NCBI RefSeq assembly: GCF_051192575.1
Contig: NZ_JBPJSQ010000002.1
Coordinates: 68,029 to 92,028 of the forward strand
Reading direction: 5' to 3'
Length of the DNA: 24,000 nt
DNA from: Aestuariimicrobium soli
GTDB taxonomy: Bacteria; Actinomycetota; Actinomycetes; Propionibacteriales; Propionibacteriaceae
Shown: positions 1-7,941 of the stretch, in pieces
Position numbering within the stretch: position 1 is the first letter of the stretch
How the letters are laid out: each line of letters starts with the position of its first letter
Translations under genes and position numbers: made by a program
The notes under the pieces: model-generated
What the model was told of the DNA's origin: nothing
Seen by the model: only the letters and a program-made list of their open reading frames with translations
The model's database searches: none

Positions 1-1
1 G

Positions 2-316
2 TCCGAGCCCTTCAGCGAGCTGGGCCTGAGCGCGGCCTTCGCCCCGTCGCCCAGCCCGGCCGAGCAGCCGTGGCGTCTGGACGACGTCCTCGCTGTCCGA
101 GCCGAGCAGACCGACGAGCTGGCCGCTTGGCTGGCCACGGTGTCGGCCGACGACCTCACGGCGGAGGCACCCGTTCCGCTCGACGAGGGCTGGCCCGCGC
201 ATTCCCGGGGTCGGTCCGTGCGTGAGTGCCTGGCGGTCGTGCTCGACGAGACCCTGCTGCACCACGGGTTCTGCGTTCGAGACCTGGATCTCTTGGAAGC
301 CCCGAGCGATGGCTGA
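2..316 (+). CDS. 3' end of a DinB/DUF664-like (four-helix-bundle, mycothiol-transferase-type) protein; the 5' end lies outside the window
   Basis: Absent from the ORF track because there is no Met in the window. Hand translation of frame 2 is open from the window edge to TGA 314-316. It reads ...WRLDDVLAVRAEQTDELAAWLATVSADDLTAEAPVPLDEGWPAHSRGRSVRECLAVVLDETLLHHGFCVRDLDLLEAPSDG*. The C-terminal E-x3-HHG-x4-RD pattern resembles DinB-fold proteins. The stop overlaps the next start (ATG 309) by 8 nt. Confidence 0.45.
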   Translation, partial: SEPFSELGLSAAFAPSPSPAEQPWRLDDVLAVRAEQTDELAAWLATVSADDLTAEAPVPLDEGWPAHSRGRSVRECLAVVLDETLLHHGFCVRDLDLLEAPSDG

Positions 317-1418
317 GCGGCCCGATTCGCTGCGACTGACCGTCGCTCAGGCCCGGCGCATCGCGGTGCGGGCCCAACTGTTGGACGACCCCCGGCCCTC
401 CTCGGTGATGGAGGTGGCGGAGCGACTGGCGGCCCTGCAGGTCGACCTGACCAGCTACGTCGCCCCCAACGTCGAGCTCGTGCTCTGGAGCCGGCTCGGG
501 AATGGATTCAGCACCGACGAGTTGGCGGTGTTGCTCGACCAGCGGCGACTGGTCGAGATCCACGGATTCCTGCGGCCGGCCGACGACATCGCCCTGTACC
601 GGGCCGAGATGGACGCGCTGCCCACGCCAGCGTGGGTCGAGGCCAACCACGCCGCCCGCGACGAGATCGTCCAGGTGTTGCGGTCCGAGGGGGCGATGGC
701 GGCGCGCGACCTTCCCGAGATCGACTTCGTGAAGCCGTGGCGGTCGTCCGGGTGGAACTCCGGCAAGAACGTGCCCATGATGCTCGAGCGACTCGAGGAA
801 GCCGGGCAGGTCGCGGTCTCGCACCGGGAGGGTCGCGAACGGGTTTGGGACCTCGCCGAGCGGGTGTATCCCGACGTGCCGGCGCTGCCGATGGACGAGG
901 CGCTCCGGGTGCGGGCCGAGCGGCGGCTCGCGGCTCTAGGGGTCGCGCGACGATCGGCGACCCGCACCCCCACCGAGCCCAACGACGTCGGCGAGGTCGG
1001 GGTCGAGGCGGTGGTCGAGGGTGTGCGCGGACGATGGCGGGTCGATCCCGAGCTGGCCGATGCGGTGACGGGTGAGGTGGCGGGTGACGCCTTCGCCGGA
1101 CGAGTCGCGGTGATCTCGCCGCTGGACCGGCTGGTTTTCGACCGCAAGCGCATGGACGAACTCTTCGACTTCGACTACACGCTCGAGATGTACAAGCCGG
1201 CGGCCACGAGACGTTGGGGTTACTTCGCGCTCCCGGTGCTCAGCGGGGATCGGCTGGTGGGCAAGGTCGATGCCGAGTCGGATCGCTCGGGTGGTTTCCT
1301 GCGCGTGCACGCGGTGCATCGGGACGAACCGTGGCCGCCCGAGGTGGATGCCGCCGTGACCGAGGAACTCGAGAGCCTGGCCCGCATGGTGGGCCTGATG
1401 ATCGAGTTCGAGGACTGA
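309..1418 (+). CDS. Winged-helix YcaQ/AlkZ-like (HTH_42/DUF1006) DNA glycosylase family protein
   Basis: ORF 222..1418. Start moved to ATG 309 (MAERPDSLRLTVAQARRIAV...) because residues 1-29 overlap the upstream gene end. It shows family-typical N-terminal A-Q-A-R-R and LAALQVDLTSYVAPNVELVLWSR, with a Q-phi-D motif at 438-446. The C-terminal part reads FDFDYTLEMYKPAATRRWGYFALPVL...LVGKVD. Confidence 0.8.
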   Translation: MAERPDSLRLTVAQARRIAVRAQLLDDPRPSSVMEVAERLAALQVDLTSYVAPNVELVLWSRLGNGFSTDELAVLLDQRRLVEIHGFLRPADDIALYRAEMDALPTPAWVEANHAARDEIVQVLRSEGAMAARDLPEIDFVKPWRSSGWNSGKNVPMMLERLEEAGQVAVSHREGRERVWDLAERVYPDVPALPMDEALRVRAERRLAALGVARRSATRTPTEPNDVGEVGVEAVVEGVRGRWRVDPELADAVTGEVAGDAFAGRVAVISPLDRLVFDRKRMDELFDFDYTLEMYKPAATRRWGYFALPVLSGDRLVGKVDAESDRSGGFLRVHAVHRDEPWPPEVDAAVTEELESLARMVGLMIEFED

Positions 1419-1790
1419 TCACCGCTTTCGTGGGTCGCAGGCCATCACTACGCAAACCCGTAGGAAAGAGTGGCACCCGTAGGAATTTTCCTGAGGGTCG
1501 CATGTTTTGGTACCGGTTTGCGCCGGAAGGGCCAGACCAAACTCTGTCGTCCGCCGCTCGTGGCTCGGTCGGCGGTGGCTGCGCTCCCCGTCGAGTGTTG
1601 TGCAGAATCCGTCGCGTGGCGGGGATTCTGCCCCCGAGAGGGCAACTGTGGGGGCTACCGAACCGAATCCGCACACAGCCGCCAGCCGCCGACGGTGCAT
1701 TGACCGTGGTCGTTGTTGCCGATGGCGAGCACGGTGCCGTCGCGGCGCACCCCCAGGCTGTGCCCCGCCCCCGCCGCAATGGCCATCACG

Positions 1791-1820
1791 TCGCGCCACT
1801 GCCCCACCCGGCACTGGCCG
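1791..1820. repeat. Copy 1 of a perfect 30-bp intragenic repeat (tcgcgccactgccccacccggcactggccg)
   Basis: Identical string at 2014..2043. Both copies encode GQCRVGQWRD of the RCC1-like repeat on the minus strand. Confidence 0.9.
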
Positions 1821-2013
1821 AAGGCGTCGTCACCGGCGGCCAGCACTCGTCCGTTGGCCTGCAACGCCAGGGTGTGGTGACTGCCGGCGGCCACCGCCAC
1901 CACGTCACGCCACCGCTGGGTGGCTGCCACGTCGGTCTGGGCCGGCGGTGAGCACGCGTCCCGCCGAGGTCACCCCGACGGTGTGCAGATGGCCGGCGGC
2001 CAGAGCCACCACA

Positions 2014-2043
2014 TCGCGCCACTGCCCCACCCGGCACTGGCCG
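2014..2043. repeat. Copy 2 of the perfect 30-bp intragenic repeat
   Basis: Identical to 1791..1820. The 223-nt offset places the two copies in different reading frames. Confidence 0.9.
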
Positions 2044-2506
2044 CGCCGATCATTGCCGACGGCGACCACTGTCCCGTCGGCGCGGAGCCCCACCGAGTGC
2101 CAGTCCCCGGCCGCCACCGACACGATCTCGCGCCAGTCCTCGACGGCGCAGGCGCCCTCCTCCGTGCGACCGGCGGCGACCACCGTGCCGTCGGCCCGCA
2201 CTCCCAGGGTGCGCCGCCAGCCCGCCGCCACCTCGACGACGGACGACCACCCGCCCACCTCGCACTGTCGTGAGACGTTCCAGCCGGCCGCCACCACGGT
2301 GCCATCCGCGCGCAGGCCGACGGTGTGGGATCGTCCGGTGTTCGGCGCACGATGCACGCCACCGGCGGCGATCGACACCAGTCCCGACCAGCCCGATCCG
2401 CGTCCCACTGCGTCACGGTCGCCGGCCGCGACGACGGTGCCGCCGCTCCCGAGACCCACCGAGTGGCGCGGACCGGCGGCCAACACTGCGTGCATGCTGC
2501 GATCCG

Positions 2507-3454
2507 TCAGTAGCCGGCGTCGAGGTCGACGATGTTCACCAGCGCCTCCCCCGCGACATGCCGACGCACGTTCTCGAGGAAGATCTCGACCCCCCGGCGC
2601 GGAGTCTGGTGCGAGGTCGCGCCGTTGTGGGGAGTGATGATGGTGTTCGGTGCGTCCCAGAACGGACTGTCGGCCGGCAGCGGCTCCACACCGTGGGCGT
2701 CGATACCGGCGCCGGCGATCCACCCCTCCCGCAGGGCCTGCAGCAGGGCGTCGTCGTCGGCAATCCCGCCGCGCGAGAAGCAGATCCAGGTGGCCGTGGG
2801 CTTCATCGCCCGGAACTGCTCGACGCCGAACATGCACCGGGTCTCGTCCGTCAACGGGGCCGTGACGACCACCACATCCGACTCGGCCAACAGCCACGGC
2901 AATTGGTCGGCGCCACGCACCTCGTCGACGTCCCCCGACAACTCCGGACGACGCCGGGTCGCGATCACGCGCATGTGGAAGGCCTTCGCCTTGCGGGCCA
3001 GATCGGCGCCGGAGTGCCCCAGCCCCACGATCCCGAGGGTCAACCCGGCGAGTTCGCCATGGCTGAACCGCTCCCACCGGTGGGCTCGCTGATTGTCGAC
3101 CCAGCGCAGCGCGTCGCGATTGAGCATCAGCATGAGCAGCATCGCGTGCTCGGCCAGCGGGACCGCGCCATTGCCCACCGCCGAGGTCAGCACGACGCCA
3201 CTCGTCCGCAGGTCGTCGTTGACATACGAGTCTGGCCCTGCCGCCCAACTGTGCTGCCAGGTCAGCCGCGGCAGGGCGTCGAGCGGCCTGCCCAGGGGGC
3301 CGGCCACCCCGGTCACCTCGTCCAACGGCGCGGTGATGTCGTCCCAGGTGTCGACGACCAGCGTGCGGGGTTCGAGGGCGAGCAGGGCGGCGCGTTCGTC
3401 GTCGGTGAGGTGGTAGCCGCTGACGACGAGGCGGGGCGAGGGGAGGTCGGCCAT
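2507..3454 (-). CDS. D-isomer-specific 2-hydroxyacid dehydrogenase family protein (NAD-binding)
   Basis: 315-aa ORF. Rossmann motif GIVGLGHSGADLARKAKAF, family-typical ...FSRGGIADDDALLQAL..G.IAGAGIDAHGVEPLP and catalytic-region ITPHNGATS. Confidence 0.9.
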   Translation of the reverse strand: MADLPSPRLVVSGYHLTDDERAALLALEPRTLVVDTWDDITAPLDEVTGVAGPLGRPLDALPRLTWQHSWAAGPDSYVNDDLRTSGVVLTSAVGNGAVPLAEHAMLLMLMLNRDALRWVDNQRAHRWERFSHGELAGLTLGIVGLGHSGADLARKAKAFHMRVIATRRRPELSGDVDEVRGADQLPWLLAESDVVVVTAPLTDETRCMFGVEQFRAMKPTATWICFSRGGIADDDALLQALREGWIAGAGIDAHGVEPLPADSPFWDAPNTIITPHNGATSHQTPRRGVEIFLENVRRHVAGEALVNIVDLDAGY

Positions 3455-3512
3455 GCCTCGATCCTGTCACCGTTCGTGGAATGAGGGGGCGGCGTCCCGC
3501 GTTGTCACTGCC

Positions 3513-4151
3513 ATGACGACGATCCATCCCATCGACGATTCCAGCGTTCAGTGGCGCGACGCCGAGGGCGGACGAGACGGCTCCCACCTGCTGCTGATGC
3601 TGCACGGTGTCGGCAGCGATGAGCACGACCTGATCGGTCTCGCCCCGCACCTTCCCGCCGACCTCACGCTCGCGAGCCTGCCCGGACCGCTGCCGTGGCC
3701 CAACGGCGGGCGCAGCTGGTTCGACGTGACGCCGGGCTACGACACCGACACCACCAAGATCGCAGCCTCGGTGGCCGGGGTGCTCGCCTGGCTCGATGCG
3801 CGCCCCGAGACGTTTGCGAGTGTGGGCGTGCTCGGCTTCAGTCAGGGGGCGGCGACCTCGCTGCAGCTGGTGCGCACCGACGTGGAGCGGTTCGCCTACG
3901 TGGTCGCGTTGTCGGGGTTCGTGTTCAACGGCGGCCCGAGCCGCGACGCCGACCTCGCGCGCCGACAACTGCCGGGTTTCGTCGCCTTCGGCACCGCCGA
4001 CCAGGTGATCACGCCCGAGAAGACCAACGCCACCCTGCGGTGGGCTCCCGAGCACCTCGACCTCGACCTGCACGACTACCCGATGGGTCACACCATCATC
4101 GAGCAGGAACTGCGTGACGTGGTCGCCTTCCTCGAGCGTCAGCTGGGCTGA
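3513..4151 (+). CDS. Phospholipase/carboxylesterase-family alpha/beta hydrolase
   Basis: ORF 3453..4151. Start moved to ATG 3513 (MTTIHPIDD) so it does not overlap the divergent dehydrogenase start. Motifs are LMLHGVGSDEHD, the nucleophile elbow GFSQGA, an Asp in FGTADQVI and a His in DYPMGHTI. Confidence 0.8.
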   Translation: MTTIHPIDDSSVQWRDAEGGRDGSHLLLMLHGVGSDEHDLIGLAPHLPADLTLASLPGPLPWPNGGRSWFDVTPGYDTDTTKIAASVAGVLAWLDARPETFASVGVLGFSQGAATSLQLVRTDVERFAYVVALSGFVFNGGPSRDADLARRQLPGFVAFGTADQVITPEKTNATLRWAPEHLDLDLHDYPMGHTIIEQELRDVVAFLERQLG

Positions 4152-4181
4152 GGGCTCCGCGACCGGTCAGGTCACGTCGGG

Positions 4182-5150
4182 TCAGGTCACCACGACCAGC
4201 TTGCCCCGGGCCTGCCCCGACTCCATCAGCGCGTGAGCGGCCCTGATCTCGTCCATCGTGAAGGTTCGATCCAGCGGAATCACCGCGCGACCAGCGGCGA
4301 CGTCGTCCAGGTAGGTCTGCAGCACGTCGGCTGGCAGGTCGTGCGCGGCGCCGGCGTAGGCCGTCAACCGCACCCCGCGCGGCAGGTAGCCGATCGGGTA
4401 GAAGTCGGGCACCGTCCACTGGTTCGAGAGCATGCCGGTGAAGCAGACGACGCCGTGCACCCGGGTGGCCGCGAGCGTGTCCGGCAGCGTGGGGGTGCCG
4501 ATCAGTTCGAGGGCGGCGTCCACCCCGTCGGGCACGACCTCACGCACCTGAGTGGCGATCTGCCCATCGTCGATGATCACGTGGTCGACCCCGGCGTCGC
4601 GCAACACCGACGACTTGTCGGCCGAGCGGGTGGTCGCGAGCACGGTCAGCCCGCGCTGCTTGGCGAGAACCGCGGTCGCCAGGCCGACGGACGACGTGCC
4701 GCCCCTGATCAGCAGCGTCTGCCCCGCCCGCACGTCGAGCCCGACGGAGAGCGACCCATACGCGGTCTGCAGCATCTCGGGCACGGCGCCCAGCACGCCC
4801 CACCCCAGCGGCGACCGGAACGGGATCACCTGGTCGAGCGGCACACACGTGTAGTCGGCGTAGCCACCGTCGAACGTGCGGCCCATGCCGCCCATCATGG
4901 TCACCACCTGGGTGCCCACGGGGTGGGTGCCGGAGTCGTCGCGATCAATGGTGCCGGTGGCCTCGATGCCGAGCACCCGCGGGAAGGTGACTCCCTCGGC
5001 CAGTCCCAACCGCGTGTGCAGTTCCGAGCGGTTGAGCCCGAACGCACGCACCCGAATCCTCACCCAGCCCTCCGCCGGCTCGGGCAGCTCCCGTTCGGTC
5101 AGCACCAGGTTCTCCACGGGCCCGGGTTGGCTGAGCACCACTGCTCTCAT
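4182..5150 (-). CDS. Zinc-type alcohol dehydrogenase / NADPH:quinone oxidoreductase (MDR superfamily)
   Basis: 322-aa ORF: MRAVVLSQPGPVENLVL...VRIRVRAFGLNRSE...PRVLGIEATG, then the cofactor region LLIRGGTSSVGLATAVLAK and the C-terminal GKLVVV. The start overlaps the padR-like stop by 4 nt. Confidence 0.9.
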   Translation of the reverse strand: MRAVVLSQPGPVENLVLTERELPEPAEGWVRIRVRAFGLNRSELHTRLGLAEGVTFPRVLGIEATGTIDRDDSGTHPVGTQVVTMMGGMGRTFDGGYADYTCVPLDQVIPFRSPLGWGVLGAVPEMLQTAYGSLSVGLDVRAGQTLLIRGGTSSVGLATAVLAKQRGLTVLATTRSADKSSVLRDAGVDHVIIDDGQIATQVREVVPDGVDAALELIGTPTLPDTLAATRVHGVVCFTGMLSNQWTVPDFYPIGYLPRGVRLTAYAGAAHDLPADVLQTYLDDVAAGRAVIPLDRTFTMDEIRAAHALMESGQARGKLVVVT

Positions 5151-5692
5151 GGTCGATCTCCTTCGTCGATACCGGTGTCGGCGGGGAGTTGACCCCGCAG
5201 CCAGCGCAGGTCGGCCGCCCGGGTGGCGCGCGCCAGCGACGTGATCGCCTGGCGGTAGGGGTCGTCGAGATCGGACGAACGCACCGGCTCGTCCCCTTCG
5301 ACGAAGAAGCTGGCGGCGCCCTCGAGGAACGTCAGTCGGCGCCGCAGCACCGCCTGACGCTCGTCCTCGTCGGGCAGGTGCGACAGGAAGGCGAGCACGA
5401 CGATGTAGTGGCTCAGGTCGCTGAGGTCGTGGCCATCGGCCGTGCGCAGGCGTTCCCGCAGCCGGGCTAGCCCGGTGTCGGTGACGTGCAGGCGCCGGCG
5501 GGCACCCGAGCGCACGCCCACCTCGTCCTCGGCGCGCACCTGCCCCGCCGCGATCATTCGGGTGATCGCCGGGTAGAGCGTGCCGTCCGAGATGGTTCGG
5601 GCGTATCCGTGCAACTGCTCCATCTTTCGACGAAGCTCGTACCCGTGCAGTGGCCCGTCCGCGAGGAAGCCCAGGATCATCAGTTCGACCAT
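5147..5692 (-). CDS. PadR-family transcriptional regulator
   Basis: ORF 5147..5827. Start moved to ATG 5692 (MVELMILGFLADGPLHGYELRRKMEQLHGYARTISDGTLYPAITRM), the classic PadR winged helix. GGGAGG lies 6 nt upstream. The 45 residues before it are not PadR-like. Confidence 0.85.
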   Translation of the reverse strand: MVELMILGFLADGPLHGYELRRKMEQLHGYARTISDGTLYPAITRMIAAGQVRAEDEVGVRSGARRRLHVTDTGLARLRERLRTADGHDLSDLSHYIVVLAFLSHLPDEDERQAVLRRRLTFLEGAASFFVEGDEPVRSSDLDDPYRQAITSLARATRAADLRWLRGQLPADTGIDEGDRP

Positions 5693-5810
5693 GCGCTTCC
5701 TCCCTGCGTGAACACCACCCAACTGGGTCTGGTGATTATCTCGATTCGATGCATACAGTTTCCCGGCAGACAGTAGCCTGCTGAACCCAGCCGATTGAAG
5801 GGATCCCCCC
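5693..5810. promoter_or_regulatory. Divergent promoter/operator region between the padR-like gene and the ABC transporter operon
   Basis: 118-bp spacer holding the most AT-rich stretch in the neighbourhood (ggtgattatctcgattcgatgcatacagtt, 5731-5760). GATAAT lies on the minus strand (5735-5740) and TACAGT (TANNNT) on the plus strand (5754-5759). SD-like GAAGGGA lies 8 nt before GTG 5811. No experimentally defined site is recognised. Confidence 0.35.
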
Positions 5811-6629
5811 GTGATCGAGTTCGACAACGTGTCGAAGACCTACCCAGGCGGCTCCGTGGCGGTCGAGAACTTCTCGCTCACCGTGCCGAGCCACCGCACC
5901 GTGGTGCTCGTCGGTTCGTCGGGCTCGGGCAAGACGACGCTGATGCGCATGGTCAACCGCATGGTCGACCCGAGTGCCGGCAGGGTGCTGATCGACGGTG
6001 TCGACGTGCGCACCAGCGACCCGGTCAAGCTGCGGCGAAGCATCGGATACGTGCTGCAGCAGGGCGGGCTGCTCCCCCACCGCACCGTGGTCGACAACGT
6101 CGCCACCGTGCCGATGCTCACCGGCACCCCGCGCGCTCAGGCTCACGGGCAGGCCCTCGACCTGCTGGAGCGGGTCGGGCTTCCTCGCGAGGTCGGCCGG
6201 CGCTATCCCACCCAGCTCTCGGGCGGTCAGCAACAGCGCGTGGGCGTGGCCCGGGCGTTGGCCGCTGACCCCAACATCCTGCTGATGGACGAACCCTTCG
6301 GCGCCGTCGACCCCATCGTGCGGCGCGACCTGCAGGACCAACTGCTGCGGCTGCAGGCCGACCTGGGCAAGACCATCGTGTTCGTCACCCACGACATCGA
6401 CGAGGCCTTCCGCCTGGGCGACGACGTCGTGGTGCTGCGTCACGGCGGCCAGATCGCCCAGCAGGGCACGCCCGAGCAGATCCTCGCGCACCCGGCCGAC
6501 GACTTCGTCCGCGACTTCATCGGCGCCAACCGCGCCGAACGCACCCTGACCACCACCGACGTCGACGGGCGGTCGGTCGTCGTCGACGGCAACGGACGAC
6601 CCGTCGGCCTGCTGGGTGATCGCCCGTGA
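5811..6629 (+). CDS. ABC transporter ATP-binding protein, glycine betaine/choline (OpuCA/ProV-like) type
   Basis: 272 aa with a GTG start. Walker A GSSGSGKTT, Q-loop, signature LSGGQQQRVGVARAL, Walker B ILLMDEPFGAVD and the H-switch VTHD. Confidence 0.9.
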   Translation: MIEFDNVSKTYPGGSVAVENFSLTVPSHRTVVLVGSSGSGKTTLMRMVNRMVDPSAGRVLIDGVDVRTSDPVKLRRSIGYVLQQGGLLPHRTVVDNVATVPMLTGTPRAQAHGQALDLLERVGLPREVGRRYPTQLSGGQQQRVGVARALAADPNILLMDEPFGAVDPIVRRDLQDQLLRLQADLGKTIVFVTHDIDEAFRLGDDVVVLRHGGQIAQQGTPEQILAHPADDFVRDFIGANRAERTLTTTDVDGRSVVVDGNGRPVGLLGDRP

Positions 6630-7267
6630 ACTGGCTGCGCCTCAACTGGCCGCAGGTGGTGTCGCTGACCCTCGACCACCTGGTGCTGAGCCTGCCCGCG
6701 ATCATGCTGAGTGTGCTGATCGCGGTGCCCATCGGACGACTCGCCCACGTGCGGCCCCGGGTTGGCGCGCCCCTGCTCGGTGCCGCCTCGCTGCTGTACG
6801 CGGTGCCGGCGCTGCCGCTGCTGATCATCATTCCGGCGCTGGTCGGCACGCCGCTGCGCTCCCCCGCCACCATGGTGATCGCGCTGACCGTGTACGGCGT
6901 CGCACTGCTGGTGCGCAGCGCCGCCGACGCCTTCGCCTCGGTGGACGACCGTGCCCGCGAGGCCGCGATCGCCGTCGGCTACTCTCCGCGCAGTCTGCTG
7001 TGGCGGGTCGACCTGCCGTTGTCTCTGCCGGTGCTGGTGGCGGGCGTGCGGGTGGTCACCGTGTCGACCATCAGCCTGGTCACGATCGGGGCCCTGATCG
7101 GCGTCTCGAGCCTGGGCACCCTGCTCACCGACGGCTTCCAGCGGGGCATCACCGGCGAGGTGGCCACCGGCGTCATAGGGACCGTCGTCGTGGCCCTGCT
7201 GCTCGACGGGCTGCTCGTGCTGGTCGGGCGTCTGCTCACACCCTGGACGAGGCGGGTGGCGGCATGA
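6626..7267 (+). CDS. ABC transporter permease (OpuCB/BPD_transp_1-like)
   Basis: 213-aa hydrophobic ORF with a GTGA overlap onto the ATPase stop. The EAA-like loop reads DDRAREAAIAVGYSPRSLLWRVDLPLSLPVLVAGVR. Confidence 0.85.
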   Translation: MNWLRLNWPQVVSLTLDHLVLSLPAIMLSVLIAVPIGRLAHVRPRVGAPLLGAASLLYAVPALPLLIIIPALVGTPLRSPATMVIALTVYGVALLVRSAADAFASVDDRAREAAIAVGYSPRSLLWRVDLPLSLPVLVAGVRVVTVSTISLVTIGALIGVSSLGTLLTDGFQRGITGEVATGVIGTVVVALLLDGLLVLVGRLLTPWTRRVAA

Positions 7268-7941
7268 ACCTCTTCTCGCAGGCCATCACGTGGCTCACCG
7301 ACATCGCCCATTGGCGGGGCGCCGCTGGCATTCCCACGCGGCTGGGGCAGCACCTGGCCGTGACCGCGGTGGCGGTGCTGATCGCCGCCGTGATCGCGCT
7401 TCCGCTGGGCGTCTGGATCGGCCACACCCGTCGCGGTTCGGCCTTGATCGGCGGCCTGGTCGGCGGCGCCCGCGCGATTCCCACCCTGGGCCTGCTGACC
7501 CTGTTCGGACTGTGGTGGGGCATCGGGCTCGGGGCGCCCGTGGCGGCGCTGGTCGTGCTGGCCATTCCCTCGCTGCTGGCCGGTGCCTACTCGGGTGTGC
7601 AGAGTGTCGACCCGGCGCTGCCGCGTGCGGCCAAGGCCATCGGCATGACCCCGCTGCAGGTGATCGGCCGGGTCGAGGTGCCCCTGGCACTGCCGGTGAT
7701 CATCGGTGGCCTGCGCGCCGCGACCCTCCAGGTGGTCGCCACGGCGACCCTGGCCGCGTACACCTCCGACACGGGGCTCGGGCGCTACCTGTTCGCGGGC
7801 CTCAAGACCCGCGACTACGCGCAGATGCTCGGTGGAGCGTTGCTGGTGCTCGTCCTCACCCTTGTTCTCGAACTGCTGCTGGCAGCCTGCCAGCGACTCG
7901 TCACCCAACGGGTGACCCACCCCGAAAGGATCCGCCCATGA
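7264..7941 (+). CDS. ABC transporter permease (second membrane subunit)
   Basis: C-terminal 225 aa of ORF 6616..7941, starting at ATG 7264 (ATGA overlap). It reads MNLFSQAITWLTD... and the EAA-like loop is LPRAAKAIGMTPLQVIGRVEVPLALPVIIGGLR. The part of the ORF upstream of 7264 is Arg/Gly/Pro-rich and overlaps the first permease. Confidence 0.85.
   Translation: MNLFSQAITWLTDIAHWRGAAGIPTRLGQHLAVTAVAVLIAAVIALPLGVWIGHTRRGSALIGGLVGGARAIPTLGLLTLFGLWWGIGLGAPVAALVVLAIPSLLAGAYSGVQSVDPALPRAAKAIGMTPLQVIGRVEVPLALPVIIGGLRAATLQVVATATLAAYTSDTGLGRYLFAGLKTRDYAQMLGGALLVLVLTLVLELLLAACQRLVTQRVTHPERIRP

Larger units (their letters stand above)
1655..2495 (-). pseudogene. RCC1-like beta-propeller repeat protein (about seven ~40-aa repeats), interrupted by a frameshift near 1905-1935
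   Basis: Two minus-strand frames carry the same repeat, W-R-D-V-v-a-[IV]AAG-x-H-[ST]-[VL]G-[VL]-x-x-D-G-T-V-x-A-x-G-x-n-x-x-GQC-x-V. The first segment is 1905..2495 (MHAVLAAGPRHSVGL...TAGPDRRGSHPAVA*), which is the tail of the spurious 728-aa ORF. The second is 1655..1930 (..AATQRWRDVVAVAAGSHHTLAL...). A perfect 30-bp repeat encodes GQCRVGQWRD in both segments, at an offset of 223 nt (not a multiple of 3). Confidence 0.7.

Noticed and set aside
222-308. Longer start for the YcaQ-like gene (ATG 222)
   Set aside because: Residues 1-29 (MSAWRSCSTRPCCTTGSAFETWISWKPRA) are Cys/Thr/Trp-rich and overlap the in-frame end of the upstream DinB-like gene. ATG 309 begins the family-typical sequence.
1507-2637. 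376-aa plus-strand ORF
   Set aside because: Antisense to the RCC1-like repeats. The Pro/Arg/Ala/Thr-rich repetitive translation simply mirrors the repeat on the other strand.
1905-4091. 728-aa minus-strand ORF, the second-longest minus-strand ORF in the left half after 9669..12317
   Set aside because: Only its last 196 aa (1905-2495) look like real protein (RCC1-like repeats). The rest is Arg/Pro/Gly/Ala-rich. It runs out of frame over the same-strand dehydrogenase gene and antisense to the well-supported esterase gene. This is the typical high-GC open-frame artefact.
4165-4190. 11-bp direct repeat ggtcaggtcac (4165-4175 and 4180-4190) between the esterase and oxidoreductase genes
   Set aside because: Short, in a 30-bp convergent spacer. 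The second copy is partly the stop codon and last codons of the oxidoreductase gene. Most likely chance or a trivial duplication.
6616-7937. Long N-terminal extensions of ORFs 6616..7941 and 7290..7937
   Set aside because: The extensions are Arg/Gly/Ala/Pro-rich and overlap the preceding permease genes out of frame. Internal ATGs at 7264 and 7938 give ATGA-coupled starts and sensible products.
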